From: Eledone cirrhosa
Taxonomy: Eukaryota
Length of the DNA: 64,000 nt
Reading direction: 5' to 3'
Assembly: GCA_964016885.1 (NCBI GenBank)
Contig: OZ024743.1
Location: 123,566,001 to 123,630,000 of the forward strand
Shown: piece after piece, positions 1 through 12,984 of the stretch
Numbering within the stretch: the stretch's first letter is position 1
Layout: every line of letters starts with the position of its first letter
Program-made: the position numbers and the translations under genes
The notes under the pieces: generated by a model
Seen by the model: the letters and a program-made list of their open reading frames with translations, nothing else
The model's database searches: none
What the model was told of the DNA's origin: nothing

Positions 1-325
1 GACATAGAGGGAGAATCAAGAATTTTTCAGTTACACACAGGTGACAACAGTTTGGTGTCAGTTGCATGCTTTCTCATTCTAAGCATATCCTGTTTCCTTC
101 TAATATTTTAAGAACCAATGTATTTCAAAAGAGGCCTTGTATTGAACAGAGTAAAATCTAAACGAAGGAGTGTCGTGTGACTTCTAAAATGATTCTCAGT
201 TAACTTGATGTACATCTTTGCGGCACGGTGTGCCAATTCTACATATGTTCTGTTTACAATTTCTTTTTGCGAGTATTTTTTATCTCTAAAGCATAACGTT
301 GTACCTCTACCATTATATGATTATA

Positions 326-435
326 GGTAGACTTTGAGGTTGACTTTGCCTTTCATCCTTACGGGGTCGATAAAATAAAGTACCAGTAATGCACGGGGTT
401 ATTGCTGGCCTTGTGCCAAAAGTAGAAACAATTAT
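326..435 (+). mobile_element. 5'-truncated tRNA-derived SINE (Meta/MESC-like core)
   Basis: Core gaggttgactttgcctttcatccttacggggtcgataaaataaagtaccag...ggccttgtgccaaaagtagaaacaatt, shared with many copies in the window; attatatgattata on both sides as a probable TSD. Confidence 0.8.
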
Positions 436-1599
436 ATGATTATATGATTAACTTCTTTTTACGTCTTTACGGGTTTTCACCCTATTTGATGACCTATTTT
501 ATAGTATGAGCACACCATTCTTTATATATATATATATATCCATGCATACATATATGTGTGTGTGTTTATATATATATGTCCACCAACTTCTCCACGTCTT
601 CCTCTCCTCCAACCGCATATTGAACTACTTCAGCGTTCCCAAATCTGTGCCACTGCCCTCCCGCCGTACAACATTGACTATATCCATTATCTCTTTAATT
701 CCTTCCGTTTCTTTCACACTTACTCTTCTGTCTTCCTTTTCACTTCAGATATTAAGCCTCTCTATATCATCAGCCCTCATAATATTGGTCTTTTAGTGAT
801 GCGACACCTCAACGCGCCGTACCTATATCCTGTCCCGGGCATTCATCTTTCTCTGTTTAGCTGAACTCATCCTTAGCCTTAATTGCTTCTCGTTGGAGGG
901 GGGAGACAGATTTCTGGACTGGCTATGGGAATGAGAATATGCCCCAATTATTCGTACCTCATCATCAGCTATGTTAAACCTAAATCTCCTAGCTGTCATC
1001 CAACTCCATTCCTGGGCTATAAAGGCGTTACATAAACAATTGCATTTGAGCCTCTTCCCTCTCCAGTGAACATCATCTCCTTTGTGAATTATTTTCACTC
1101 TGTCTTAGAATTTACCCCCTTCCATTTCCGATACCTCTGTCCGTCATTATCAAACATCACTTCTTCACCCTTAACACCTCTATCATTTATTAACATACTG
1201 ATACCCACTTTTATATCAACTTTGCAGCCTCATACCCAACCCATACCAAATAACCATCCCTTACTCTCAATTCCTCCGCTTCTGCCGTCTCTATAGCCAG
1301 GTCCATGATTTCGAGACACAATCTCAACATATGGTTTGACGTTTCACTCGATACGAATAGCATCTCCCTTATTCAAATCGCCTTTACTTGCACTCAAAGA
1401 GCTGACTCCACCGGCACATGCTCTCTTCGCATCCGTCAACCATCTACACCTTCCCTCTGATATACCATCATACCACACCAACCAACACGCATTCCACATC
1501 CTCCAATCTAATTACATACATACATCATATATGTTTGTATGTGTGTGCGTAAATGCTATATATAAACACACATATATATATATATATAGAGAGAGAGAG

Positions 1600-2656
1600 A
1601 GGACACCACACCCGAGGCACTAACACTTGCTTCCTGAAGCTCCCACACTTCAGTGATGAAACAACAACAGCCATCCGCAGAGCTATCAGACGAGAGGGAC
1701 TAGATATCCAACTGGCCCACTCAGGACCTTCTCTACGCAGACAGCTAACCAAAAGACACTCCACCAGACATGACAACCGCTGCAGGCTAGCCAACTGCCC
1801 CATCAACGACACAGACCTATGCCACCAGGCTTACGTCGTATACAGACTAGAGTACGACAAATGCAGCAACTTCTACGTAGGTAGCACCACCAGACCACTC
1901 CACATAAGAATAAAAGAACACCTCAATACTAACGCTTCCTCATTTAAGAAACAGCTACTGAAATGCAAAAACACAGTTAGGATAGAAACTAAGGAAAGAA
2001 ACCTCAGCAATCTTAGAATTAAGGAAGCACTAATTATAGACAACACACAACCACCAATCAATAATAGACTAGAACTCAACACCCAATTTATAACTTGATA
2101 GAGCATCTAGCCCTAAACTTACACCCCCTCCTACACACACGCACACATACACGCACGCACACACACACACGCCTACACCTCCACTTATTCTCTCAAAGAC
2201 CAGTTCTAACACGAGAGAACATCTATCCCCCACATTTACGTATAGACATATCTTCTCACACTCACACACACACACATACTTACACATTCACGCATTCTCC
2301 CAACACTTAAACAGACATGTACAAAAAAAAAACCTGTTAAAGGGAGACTACTCTTTATCCACCTAACCTTAACTCTTTCACATTAGATATAGAACAGATA
2401 CTCTATACCATTTCCTGTCAGCATGACTTGGCAAGCTATTTAGAACACTGGTTTAACCGCTTTACTTCCCTCCGAAAAAGAGATATTATCTCAAAAATTA
2501 AGGGCATTTAAATAAATCTAAGGTAAAAGACTAATTGTCAACAATATCTTTTGCATTTGCATTTTTTATTCTATGTCCATACCTGCATTGTTTGGCTTTA
2601 CAAATTCAAACGTTTATACCTCATTACACAATGCTTCAAGTGAACTATAACTTCCT

Positions 2657-2660
<4 letters not shown>
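1600..2660 (+). mobile_element. Penelope-like element 3' fragment: GIY-YIG endonuclease plus 3'UTR, between (TA)n tracts
   Basis: ORF 1553-2098 has CRLANCPI, VVYRLEYDKCSNFYVGSTTRPLHIRIKEH, LRIKEALII and PPINNRLE (PLE GIY-YIG motifs). The ORF start lies in a TA/GA microsatellite and is spurious. Confidence 0.85.
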
Positions 2661-2736
<76 letters not shown>

Positions 2737-2746
2737 CGGCGATGAA

Positions 2747-3048
2747 TTAGTTTTGCGAGGTTTTTTATATGAAATCGTGTGTCGAAACAAATATTGTTAT
2801 ACTTGGGGAGGGTCATATTTGTGTAATAATATTGCCAGAATTAATAACAGAACACACTCACTGTTTGGTTGGTTTTCGCTTCTGTGTCTTTTATATCGGT
2901 TAATTTAATTTATTCGGTCCTCAATGTTACTATTGACTGACCAACAGTCAAAAATACAGATACAATATAGACACAAACACATATATATAGTCTAACAAAG
3001 TTTTTTCGTTGCACATCTGCAACATCGTCAGTGGTGCTATTATGTTTC
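2747..3048 (-). mobile_element. Short PLE-type terminal repeat, HHR-like motif at ~2992-3040
   Basis: Near-identical to 61811-62110. Minus strand reads CTGACGA-t-gttgca gatg tgcaac-GAAA. Confidence 0.6.
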
Positions 3049-3835
3049 CTCAGAATTTGTTGTTCTTGTTCACTGATTAACGTGTTCCCATAAATATTTA
3101 CTGTGTGGGCATTGGTAAATTCTTCCGGTAGTTCTACATCAGTCATACGGTATTGTTGATGTTAGGAGGGTATTTTTGTGAATATTCTATTTTTCTTTCT
3201 TCTAGTTTTTTCTTATTCATCCATTCTAATTTCTCATTGAAATGCCTATTGCATTCGTTTCGGGCGTATTTCGTTTCACGTCGAATGACGCTCATGAGTT
3301 GATCCCTCTCGTTTGGTGTGGTGAGATTTTGAACTTCCTTACCGTTAATGCGTTTCTGTCTGTAAAGTTCGTTAACTTTTGTGTACGTTGTTCTTTTCAT
3401 ATTAGCTGTTATTGTGTGTTTTAGTCATTCAGCTTGTGTTTTGTTTAATAATAAATTATTTACTTATATGTTTGTTGTGTATATTTTGAAGGAAACACAG
3501 TGTTTTAAGAAGCGGATTTGTTCTATTGTTATTGTAGTTTTTATATAAGTTTTTATAAATGTATATACAATGATATTAAATAAATGGAAACTATATTTAT
3601 AAAACCATATTTATTTTATTATATATGTTTCAAGGGCAACCAAGACAACATTGGTACGCTTTCATCAGATAAAATACAAAGTTTGAAATATATATAATAA
3701 AATAAATATGGTTTTATAAATATAGTTTCCATTTATTTAATATCATTGAATATTTACTCCAGTAATCTGTTTAGTGCTCTAAATCAGTTATAAACATTTA
3801 TGTTTGTCGGACTTCCAACAAATTAAATACTTCTA

Positions 3836-3840
<5 letters not shown>
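3048..3840 (-). mobile_element. PLE 5' portion: inverted pLTR + HHR-bearing pLTR + degenerate ORF N-terminus
   Basis: Minus strand IEQIRFLKHCVSFKIY...RHFNEKLEWM...VNIYGNTLISEQEQQILRK resembles the PLE N-terminal region. Inverted arms ~3568-3633 and ~3683-3748. Confidence 0.65.
3612..3676 (-). ncRNA. Minimal type I hammerhead ribozyme candidate (family A)
   Basis: tattttat-CTGATGA-aagcgtaccaa..ttggttgccctt-GAAA-catata-TA-ataaaata; 8-bp stem I. Confidence 0.65.
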
Positions 3841-3917
<77 letters not shown>

Positions 3918-3923
<6 letters not shown>

Positions 3924-4322
3924 TAACAAATGGAAACTATATTTATAAAACCATATTTATTTCATTATACATATTTCAAGGGCCACCAAAGCAAACTATG
4001 GTGCGCTTTCATCAGATAAAATATAATATAGGTTAGTTTTATAAATAAATATTGACATACCCTTAAAAAATGCAACCATTCTGGTTGGAATCTCCTGGAT
4101 AGTGGAGTTATTAGATTTATTGTTGGTTTATTATGCAAATTAGCGCACCATAGTTTGCTTTGGTGGCCCTTGAAATATGTATAATGAAATAAATATGGTT
4201 TTATAAATATAGTTTCCATTTGTTAATATATTGTATATTTACTCCAATAATTTGTTGAGTGCTTTATATCAGTTATAAAAATAATTAGCTTGTTGTATCC
4301 CAACAAATTAAATATAACCTCT

Positions 4323-4330
<8 letters not shown>
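3918..4330 (-). mobile_element. Fold-back PLE terminal fragment (family A), HHR at 3958-4023
   Basis: Inverted arms ~3918-4008 and ~4142-4232. The spacer holds CTGATGA (minus) and a HNKPTINL GIY-YIG-end-like peptide. Flanked by (TA)n. Confidence 0.7.
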
Positions 4331-4401
<71 letters not shown>

Positions 4402-4408
<7 letters not shown>

Positions 4409-4482
4409 GAGAAAAGTCATCACTAGAACAGCCGTTAAAACACCTATTTGGCTGTTCTAGTGATAAGTTTTCTCATTTGTAT
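4402..4482. repeat. Short hairpin abutting (TA)n
   Basis: aaatgagaaaagtcatcactagaacagcc / ggctgttctagtgataagttttctcattt. Confidence 0.75.
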
Positions 4483-5760
4483 ATATATTCAAATACACTC
4501 TCGCTTCGTCTCAATCAGAGATAACATTATTTTTTTTCATATATGTATGTTTATAATTCCAAATAACGGGAAATACATTAGTATAAAGTATACATGATGT
4601 AGTATATGTGGTGTTATATTTTAGCTGTATGGGTATTGTAAATATTAACATGTTTCGCTTCATTTAAGCATTTACGCATCTTCTGTAACCCATCCTATTT
4701 CTCATTTAAGTATGCCTGCCCCTTACGTGACTTACTAGTTAGTCCCTAGTACATTCTCTAATCCTCTTATACAACCTCGTGCCTGTTCTTTTCTCTCAAA
4801 CACCACTGCCCTCACTAAACCTAACCACCTTCCCTTCCATATACTGGCATTTTCATTAGTCTCATCTCCTATCGAAAGTGCTCCCTCTACGACTTTTCCT
4901 TTACCGGACAAACTGACTGTCGCTTGGATGATTGACACCTTCATGACATGTCTCCGAAACGACTCTCCTGTCTCGCCTTATTTTCCCTCGATGGATTATT
5001 CCATTCGGATTCGCGTTTCACAAGGATCCCCAAACTCTGTTTTACTGCAGGAATAAAAACTCATATTATCTTCATAAATATCCACCTATTTAGTCACAAT
5101 TCCCAACTCCATTTGTTTAATTACCTTATCTCTTCACATACTAAGAGATGCATATATACATATATAGATACACGCATATATACACACACACACCAATCTT
5201 AAGCAACCTCCATACTAATAACAGTTAAATATATAGACATCAACTCATATACATTAAGCATCCTGATATACACACATTCACACTATAAAACTACATACAC
5301 AGAAAACACACCATACTCACACCCACGCAAACAATTCAGTTCTACATTTAAGGAGTCACAACCTATGTTCCATTAGCGTACGTATTTACAATAAAGACAC
5401 ACACATGCACACACTGAGTCATGGTTATATTCACATATATCACACACTTCGCGTACACATACCGTCACACAATCACTCAGTTACATACAAACACACACAC
5501 ATGCCTACGCACTTCAACACTAATATAATGAAGAGTAATACATACGCATCAAAATATCTTCACACAGAAACATCTCAGCTCATTAAACAAATTACTTTCA
5601 AACAGTCATACAGCACACACACATTAAAGTCATACCATACATGCACGCAGCCCCTAGATAACTGCGTATTTAGATATATACGTCTATACAACGTACATGT
5701 ATCTATACAATGTACACATAGACTAAATTCACCGTCACACAAATACACAAGCCCACACAT

Positions 5761-6170
5761 AATAATTGTTTCTACTTTTGGCACAAGGCCAGCAATTATC
5801 CCAGTGTATTACTGGTACTTTATTTTATCGACCCCGTAAGGATGAAAGGCAAAGTTAACCTCGGCAGGATTTGAATTCAGATCATAAAGGGCCGTAACTC
5901 TATGCTGCAACATGTAGTGCACACGCATAATAATGATTTCTATTATACGCACAAGACCAATAAAAACATTTTTTGGGGGGGAGGGGGGAGTCGATTAAAT
6001 CAACCCCAGTGTATTACTGGTACTTTATTTTATCGACCCCCGTAAAGATGACAGGCAAAGTTAACCTCGGCGGGTTTTGAACTCAGTCCGTAAAGGGACG
6101 TAACTCTGCGCTGGAAAGCTGGAAAGCATGGCGTCCGACCCTCTACCGATTTTGCCAATCCAACGCCCTA
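5761..6170 (-). mobile_element. Two adjacent SINE copies
   Basis: Reverse complement of the SINE core at ~5761-5910 and ~5930-6170. Confidence 0.85.
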
Positions 6171-6772
6171 TGGACACGTATACCAAGAGAAACAAATAAC
6201 AATGCATACATACACACACACTTACTATTCCGTAAAAAAAGTTATCTCAGCCCACGAAAAATATCCATTTTCAAACACTCATACATCACAACTCATACAC
6301 CAAGACCATAGACATTCATACACACACACAACCTTAAGACTGCTATCAACATATACATACGTTCCAACTATGGAAATATACATATAATGGACACGCACAT
6401 AAACTGATTCATAGTTACTTCCTTTGTCACTCTTACTTTAAAAGAAACTCGTTTTCCCTTTACTCCCACATCCGGTCATTTTTCAATATGACGTGAAATA
6501 TTCTATACGTGTCACTCCACTCGTCTCTTTTAATCTATTTTTCTCTCTTCATTGCTCTCATTATATCTTTCTGGAAAAAAGCTTAAGCTCGCAATTTCCA
6601 GAAATTTTCTGACTATTTACACATATTTATCGTCTCTTTCCTGTTCTTGACCTTCCCTTGTCGTAAAAGTTGTACTTTACATAGGTAAGTATTTGCGTGG
6701 TATTATCCGTCAACGAAATTAATAAACATTCGTTGTACTGCCTCTCTGTTTTGTTCCTGTTCAAATTTTTCC

Positions 6773-6844
<72 letters not shown>

Positions 6845-6949
6845 GTATATATATATATATATACGTATGCGGTTGACAGCTACATGCATGCACACACTCA
6901 CACACACGCATACATTTGAACTGGGAACGTAAAGGGTTGTAACTTCACA

Positions 6950-7063
6950 ATCTGATTTCAAAGTCCTGCTGAGAGTCGGCTTTGCCTTTCGTCCTTGCGG
7001 GGTCGATGGAGTGAAGTTCCGGTGGTGTGCTGAGGTCGATTTGGTCAACTTACCCCTCCCCTG
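6950..7063 (+). mobile_element. Diverged SINE copy
   Basis: ctttgcctttcgtccttgcggggtcgat core. Confidence 0.6.
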
Positions 7064-7081
7064 TAATAATATATATATGAA

Positions 7082-7151
<70 letters not shown>

Positions 7152-7171
7152 TTTATATATATATATATATA

Positions 7172-7241
<70 letters not shown>

Positions 7242-7261
7242 TTTATATATATATATATATA

Positions 7262-7334
<73 letters not shown>

Positions 7335-7397
7335 GGTACGTCAAAGCTATATATATATATATAAATGGGTTACATATATATATATATATATATATAT

Positions 7398-7635
7398 AAA
7401 AGGGTACGTCAAAGCTATTTGTAAAACTGTTATATATTGTATTTTGTCTGATGAAGGCATACCATAATTTAATGTGGTATCCCTGAAATATGTATAATGA
7501 AATAAATATGGTTTTATAAATATAGTTTCCATTTATTAATATCGTATATCTACTCCAAAACTTGTCGAGTGCTTTATATCAGTTATAAAAATATTTACTT
7601 GTTGTATCCCAACAATTTTAAATAGAACTTTTGCA
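7398..7635 (+). mobile_element. PLE terminal repeat (family A), HHR at 7440-7504
   Basis: tattttgt-CTGATGA-aggcataccata/tgtggtatccct-GAAA-tatgta-TA-atgaaata; flanked by (TA)n. Confidence 0.75.
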
Positions 7636-7705
<70 letters not shown>

Positions 7706-7741
7706 ATATAGAAGTAGTTCCACAACAGTTAGTTCGCCATA

Positions 7742-7782
7742 CTGAGAACAAATGTTTCACCTTATGGGGATCCTCAGCTCGG
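7742..7782 (-). ncRNA. Minimal HHR candidate (different family)
   Basis: ccgag-CTGAGGA-tccccataaggt-GAAA-catttg-TT-ctcag; stems are weak. Confidence 0.4.
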
Positions 7783-7900
7783 TTTGACTGAAGTTATACG
7801 GAGAAGGAAAAGCAACCGTACGAATACGCAAGCGCAGAAACAGTCATTTCTTCTGGGCGAGATAAACCCACGATAGATCGGTGTAAAGGAGATAACTGTA

Positions 7901-7937
<37 letters not shown>

Positions 7938-7941
<4 letters not shown>

Positions 7942-8258
7942 GCAAAGTTTTATTTAAATTGTTGGGTTACAACGAGTAAATATTTATAACTGATATAAAA
8001 GCACTCAACAAGTATTTGGAGTATATTTACGATATTAAATAAATGGAAACTATATTTATAAAACCATATTTATTTCATTATATATATTTCAGGGATACCA
8101 CATTAAATTATGGTATGCCTTCATCAGACAAAATACAATATAAACAGTCTTATAAATAGATAGAAGAAGGCATAACATATTTTTAATATGATATCCCTGA
8201 AATATATATAATGAAATAAATATGGTTTTATAAATATAGTTTCCATTTATTTAATATC

Positions 8259-8262
<4 letters not shown>
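7938..8262 (-). mobile_element. Fold-back PLE terminal repeat (family A), HHR at 8071-8135
   Basis: Reverse complement of the 7440-7635 unit plus an inverted arm at ~8194-8260; (TA)n on both sides. Confidence 0.75.
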
Positions 8263-8336
<74 letters not shown>

Positions 8337-8338
<2 letters not shown>

Positions 8339-8763
8339 AAGGCGGGTAAAATTCCCGAGATCCATGGACGAGTTCTCTCCAGCGGTCTCTGTCCCTCATT
8401 ATCGCTGCCATATCCTGCATCTCCAACAGACCAGTGTCTGTCCTTAGGGCATCAACATATGTTAACCTTGGTCTTCCTCTTCCAGTGTGTCCATGTAGGG
8501 GCTCCCAAAGGAACACTGAGTGCAATGTCAACTCTGGATGTCGGTGAGCATGTCCAGCCAACCTCAGTCTCCTCTGTGTCACTTTTGAGCTGACTTTTGG
8601 GATGCTCCCATACAGCTCTGAGTTTTTCATCCTCAGTGTATACTGATTAATGTTCAGAGCCATCCTCAGCATTCTCGTGTAGCACCCATCCACCATCTGA
8701 GTGAGTTTCCTGGTCAGTGTCCAAGTCTCAGACCCGTACAGCAGCACAGACTCCACTACAGCA
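8337..8763 (-). mobile_element. RTE-group LINE, 5'-truncated C-terminal fragment in (TA)n
   Basis: ESVLLYGSETWTLT, RRLRLAGHAHRH, GRGRPRLTYVD, MRDRDRWRELV; the stop codon runs directly into (TA)n. Confidence 0.85.
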
Positions 8764-9309
8764 ATATATATATATATCAATATAGCGTTGATTGCTTGAA
8801 CGTGAACGCAAACAAATCTACACCAGACTAACGCTGTCCACAAATTCATTCAAACGCAATCCAGGAACCAAGTCACCCACCAGGTACATGCCACAAAAGA
8901 CAAAATAAAACCAATCACAAGCAATGAAAAATTATTTCATCTGAGGAGAAAACTGGGTGTATATTCAAGTAGAATCTAGAGGTGAATCCAACATGAAAAT
9001 ACGGAATAGATATCTAACGAAAAAATGACTTGATATTTCGGATACTAGTCCTTCATCTGAAAATGGCTGTGTATACAACACTGAGTGCTTTATCTTTTAT
9101 CCGCCCTTTTCCCGTTTTCCTTTTTACCTTCGTCTATTTTCCTTTATCTTCCTCACTCTTCCGAAAAGCCTTTTTCATCTCCTTTCTATCTTCCAATGAA
9201 GGACAAGCACCCAAAACAAAACGTAAAAACTTTCTTTGAACTAATATACCATTATATTATTGTATTGTTCCTCTGTGTTGTTTTTCTTTGATGAATTTAC
9301 TTACATATG

Positions 9310-9395
9310 CTTATATGTGTGTGTGTTGTGCGTGTATGTGTATGTGCGTGAATGTATGTGTGTGTATGTCTGTGTGTCGACGTATGAGTGTGTGT

Positions 9396-9436
<41 letters not shown>

Positions 9437-9513
9437 TGGGTGTGTGTGTGTGTGTGTATGTGCGTGAATGTATGTGTGTGTATGTCTGTGTGTCGACGTA
9501 TGAGTGTGTGTGT

Positions 9514-9551
<38 letters not shown>

Positions 9552-9581
9552 GCGTATGTGTGTGTGTGTGTGCGTGCGTGC

Positions 9582-9612
<31 letters not shown>

Positions 9613-9637
9613 TGTGTGCGTGCGTGCGTGTGTGTGT

Positions 9638-9686
<49 letters not shown>
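9310..9686. repeat. Compound (GT)n microsatellite with an internal duplicated block
   Basis: tatgtgcgtgaatg...gtcgacgtatgag occurs twice within the GT tract. Confidence 0.9.
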
Positions 9687-9688
<2 letters not shown>

Positions 9689-10167
9689 GGTAGCTTTGGG
9701 TACAATGCAGCAATAGTGCTCTTGCTCTAGCTTAGACATAACACTACTCTGATATACGTTTATAATCAGAGTTAGACGTTTCTGAATATTACTATGCATC
9801 TGGCTCTGTATCTGTTGTTATACTTGCAGATGGTAGCAAAACCCGTCTCCAGTTAGCGTCTGGCTGAAAATTTACATTGATATAAAACAACGATTGTAAC
9901 TCATATGACTGAGTCTAGCTACATAATTATAGACGTAAAGTAGCAGTAAGACCGAGATATCTTTAGTTTTTATTTTCACTTTGAATTTGATATCCATTAT
10001 CAAAAGATATTCTACTTTACTGAGTTTTAAATATGCATGCTGAATTACCGGTTAAACATTATATGTATATATATATATATATATACACATATATGTATGT
10101 GTGTGTCATTGTTTATATATGCATACCCGTTAGCATTCTTGTCTATTCGTTTACATATGTATGTATA

Positions 10168-10250
<83 letters not shown>

Positions 10251-10251
10251 T

Positions 10252-10386
<135 letters not shown>

Positions 10387-10986
10387 GGGGGCTGTAAGTT
10401 GTGTGTATGTATATACCTGATACATACCTCGATGAATCCTTCAGCGAGGGCCCAAGTATTTTATTACTTTTTCACTCCCCATGATAGCACACCCGCTGAC
10501 AGGAGAAACTGGGGACGACAAAAGGCTTAACTATAAATAGAAACACAATATATATACATTACATGCATACAAAGATATTTTAATGTATACGTGGATTACT
10601 GATTATAAACGTCTCTATATCTGCATGAACTTCACACAAAAACGTTTTTCTCTGAAAGTGCTGATATACTTAACCAAAGCATACATAGACCTGCACCCGG
10701 AACATTTCCCCCCAATTCGCAGACTTGGGCAAATATCTATGTTGAATACCACCAGATACCTTTGCAGACCATTCTCTCTTCTATACGCCATCTGTGTTTT
10801 CTGAGGGATAAAGAAAATCTGATTCTGACTTGGTACCAGTAATGTCCACAGGAAACATGACATCAAATTCTCTTATAATTCTTCCAATCCACCGCACGAA
10901 GATATGAAAAGCAATATTGGTTTCGAAAAGATAGAACTCGAAGCATTTAATCCGATCCCAATGACTCTGCCATTCTCCCTGATCAA

Positions 10987-11074
<88 letters not shown>

Positions 11075-11124
11075 TACATATACGTATTTTGCAACGGGTC
11101 ACTTTGTGGCTCAATGAAAAGTTA

Positions 11125-11673
11125 ATATATCATAAAACATGTCTATAGAATCACCAGATAAAATATATACCATTTCCTCTCCCAATTAGCATAATTAACT
11201 ATATAAAACATCGAATAGACCAGGCTATAAGAATAAGGCTTCTATGAAGAAATCTCCAACAAATAACCGAAACTAGCCCTTCGCGTCGGCTGCGACGGAA
11301 TATTTATCGAATATTTCGACAGCGTAATCGTCCAGATATACAGTCAATTAAACAGAATTAGGTGTAAAATAAACTAGGAGAAAAGAGAATACATTTATTT
11401 ACCTCCACCATTCTATTTTCTCCTAGTTTATTTTACACCTAATTCTGTTTAATTGACTGTATCTGGGCGATTACGCTGTCGAAATATTCGATAAATATTC
11501 CGTTGCGGCCGACGCGAAGGGCTAGTTTCGGTTATTTGTTGGAGATTTCTTCATAGAAGCCTTATTCTTATAGCCTGGTCTATTCGATGTTTTATGTAGT
11601 TAATTATGCTAATTGGGAGAGGAAATGGTATATATTTTATCTGGTGGTTCTATAGACATGTTTTATGATATAT
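11125..11673. repeat. Long inverted repeat (~265-bp arms, 19-nt spacer)
   Basis: 11125-11390 is the reverse complement of 11410-11673, with a few substitutions. Confidence 0.9.
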
Positions 11674-11985
11674 ATATATTACCCGCCTTAGAATATATAT
11701 ATATTGTTTTAATATAGATGAGATTCTACAGGACTAGAACTGTTTCATTCTTTAGAAATCATCATATATATATATATATATAACTATGTACACGTACATA
11801 GATATATGTATACAGACGTACAGTAGTATGTATATATATATACATACATGCACACATATATATATGTACGTATGGATTCACCGAACATTTATTATAATAC
11901 TCGGTGTGTTTGTAAACAAACATCCCGTATTAAGCCGTAGTGTCCAGCAACCATCGTTGCTCGTTTGTTCAACACTGACAAAGGA

Positions 11986-12028
11986 ACGCTGTACTAGTTT
12001 CAAGCTTATTAGCTATCGTCAGCAACGT
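11986..12028 (-). ncRNA. Minimal type I hammerhead ribozyme
   Basis: acgttg-CTGACGA-t agct aata agct t-GAAA-ctag-TA-cagcgt; 6-bp stem I, palindromic stem III ACTAGT. Confidence 0.8.
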
Positions 12029-12403
12029 ATACCTTCCTGCCAGATTGTTGAACGTATATACTTACCTTATGCATATTAACGGCTGAGAAGCCCAATTTGC
12101 ATATCGAATGGGTTCATCGGCCGGGTGCACCGAAAACTATAAACGGAAAAAATGAAACGAAATTTCATTTCCCACTCTTAGTACGGCTGTTACTTAAATA
12201 TAAGTATGTACACGTACATACATATATGTATACAGACGTACAGTAGTATGTATATATATACATACATGCACACATATATATATGTACGTATGGATTCACC
12301 GAACATTTATTATAATACTCGGTGTGTTTGTAAACAAACATCCCGTATTAAGCCGTAGTGTCCAGCAACCATCGTTGCTCGTTTGTTCAACACTGACAAA
12401 GGA

Positions 12404-12446
12404 ACGCTGTACTAGTTTCAAGCTTATTAGCTATCGTCAGCAACGT
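12404..12446 (-). ncRNA. Minimal type I hammerhead ribozyme (second unit)
   Basis: Identical to 11986-12028, 418 bp away. Confidence 0.8.
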
Positions 12447-12810
12447 ATACCTTCCTGCCAGATTGTTGAACGTATATACTTACCTTATGCATATTAACGG
12501 CTGAGAAGCCCAATTTGCATATCGAATGGGTTCATCGGCCGGGTGCACCGAAAACTATAAACGGAAAAAATGAAACGAAATTTCATTTCCCACTCTTAGT
12601 ACGGCTGTTACTTAAATATAAGTATGTACACGTACATACATATATGTATACAGACGTACAGTAGTATGTATATATATACATACATGCACACATATATATA
12701 TGTACGTATGGATTCACCGAACATTTATTATAATGCTCGGTGTGTTTGTAAACAAACATCCCGTATTAAGCCGTAGTGTACAGCAACCATCGTTGCTCGT
12801 TTGTTCAAAA

Positions 12811-12892
12811 TGCTTTCTGAAGATCCGAACATTTCCATTGGAATTCCCTAGGATTTCCAATCTTTTGTGACGTGAAACCGTCGGTAAAAGCA
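12811..12892 (+). ncRNA. Type I hammerhead ribozyme with extended helix II
   Basis: tgcttt-CTGAAGA-(long helix II incl. ttggaa..ttccaa)-GAAA-ccgtcgg-TA-aaagca; perfect 6-bp stem I. Confidence 0.7.
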
Positions 12893-12941
12893 AAAGGAAT
12901 AGGTGAACTTTCAGACGTTCAATCATCTGGCAGGAAGGTAT

Positions 12942-12984
12942 ACGTTGCTGACGATAGCTAATAAGCTTGAAACTAGTACAGCAT
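12942..12984 (+). ncRNA. Minimal type I hammerhead ribozyme (inverted copy)
   Basis: acgttg-CTGACGA-tagctaataagctt-GAAA-ctag-TA-cagcat. Confidence 0.75.

Noticed and set aside
580-1500. Minus-strand ORF 823-1098 and surrounding sequence
   Set aside because: Only faint endonuclease-like echoes (VRIIGAY); too degraded to assign.
2465-2510. HHR in the 3'UTR of the GIY-YIG fragment (also ~6570-6600 and ~11725-11765)
   Set aside because: The cores are mutated or truncated (for example ccgaaaaa...aaaa), so they are not counted as ribozymes.
10615-10990. Possible ancient Tx1 remnant (LMSCFLW)
   Set aside because: A single weak motif is insufficient.
11786-12497. Repeated 71-97 aa ORFs as a duplicated gene
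   Set aside because: They start in low-complexity sequence, show no recognisable motif, and simply reflect the non-coding tandem unit.
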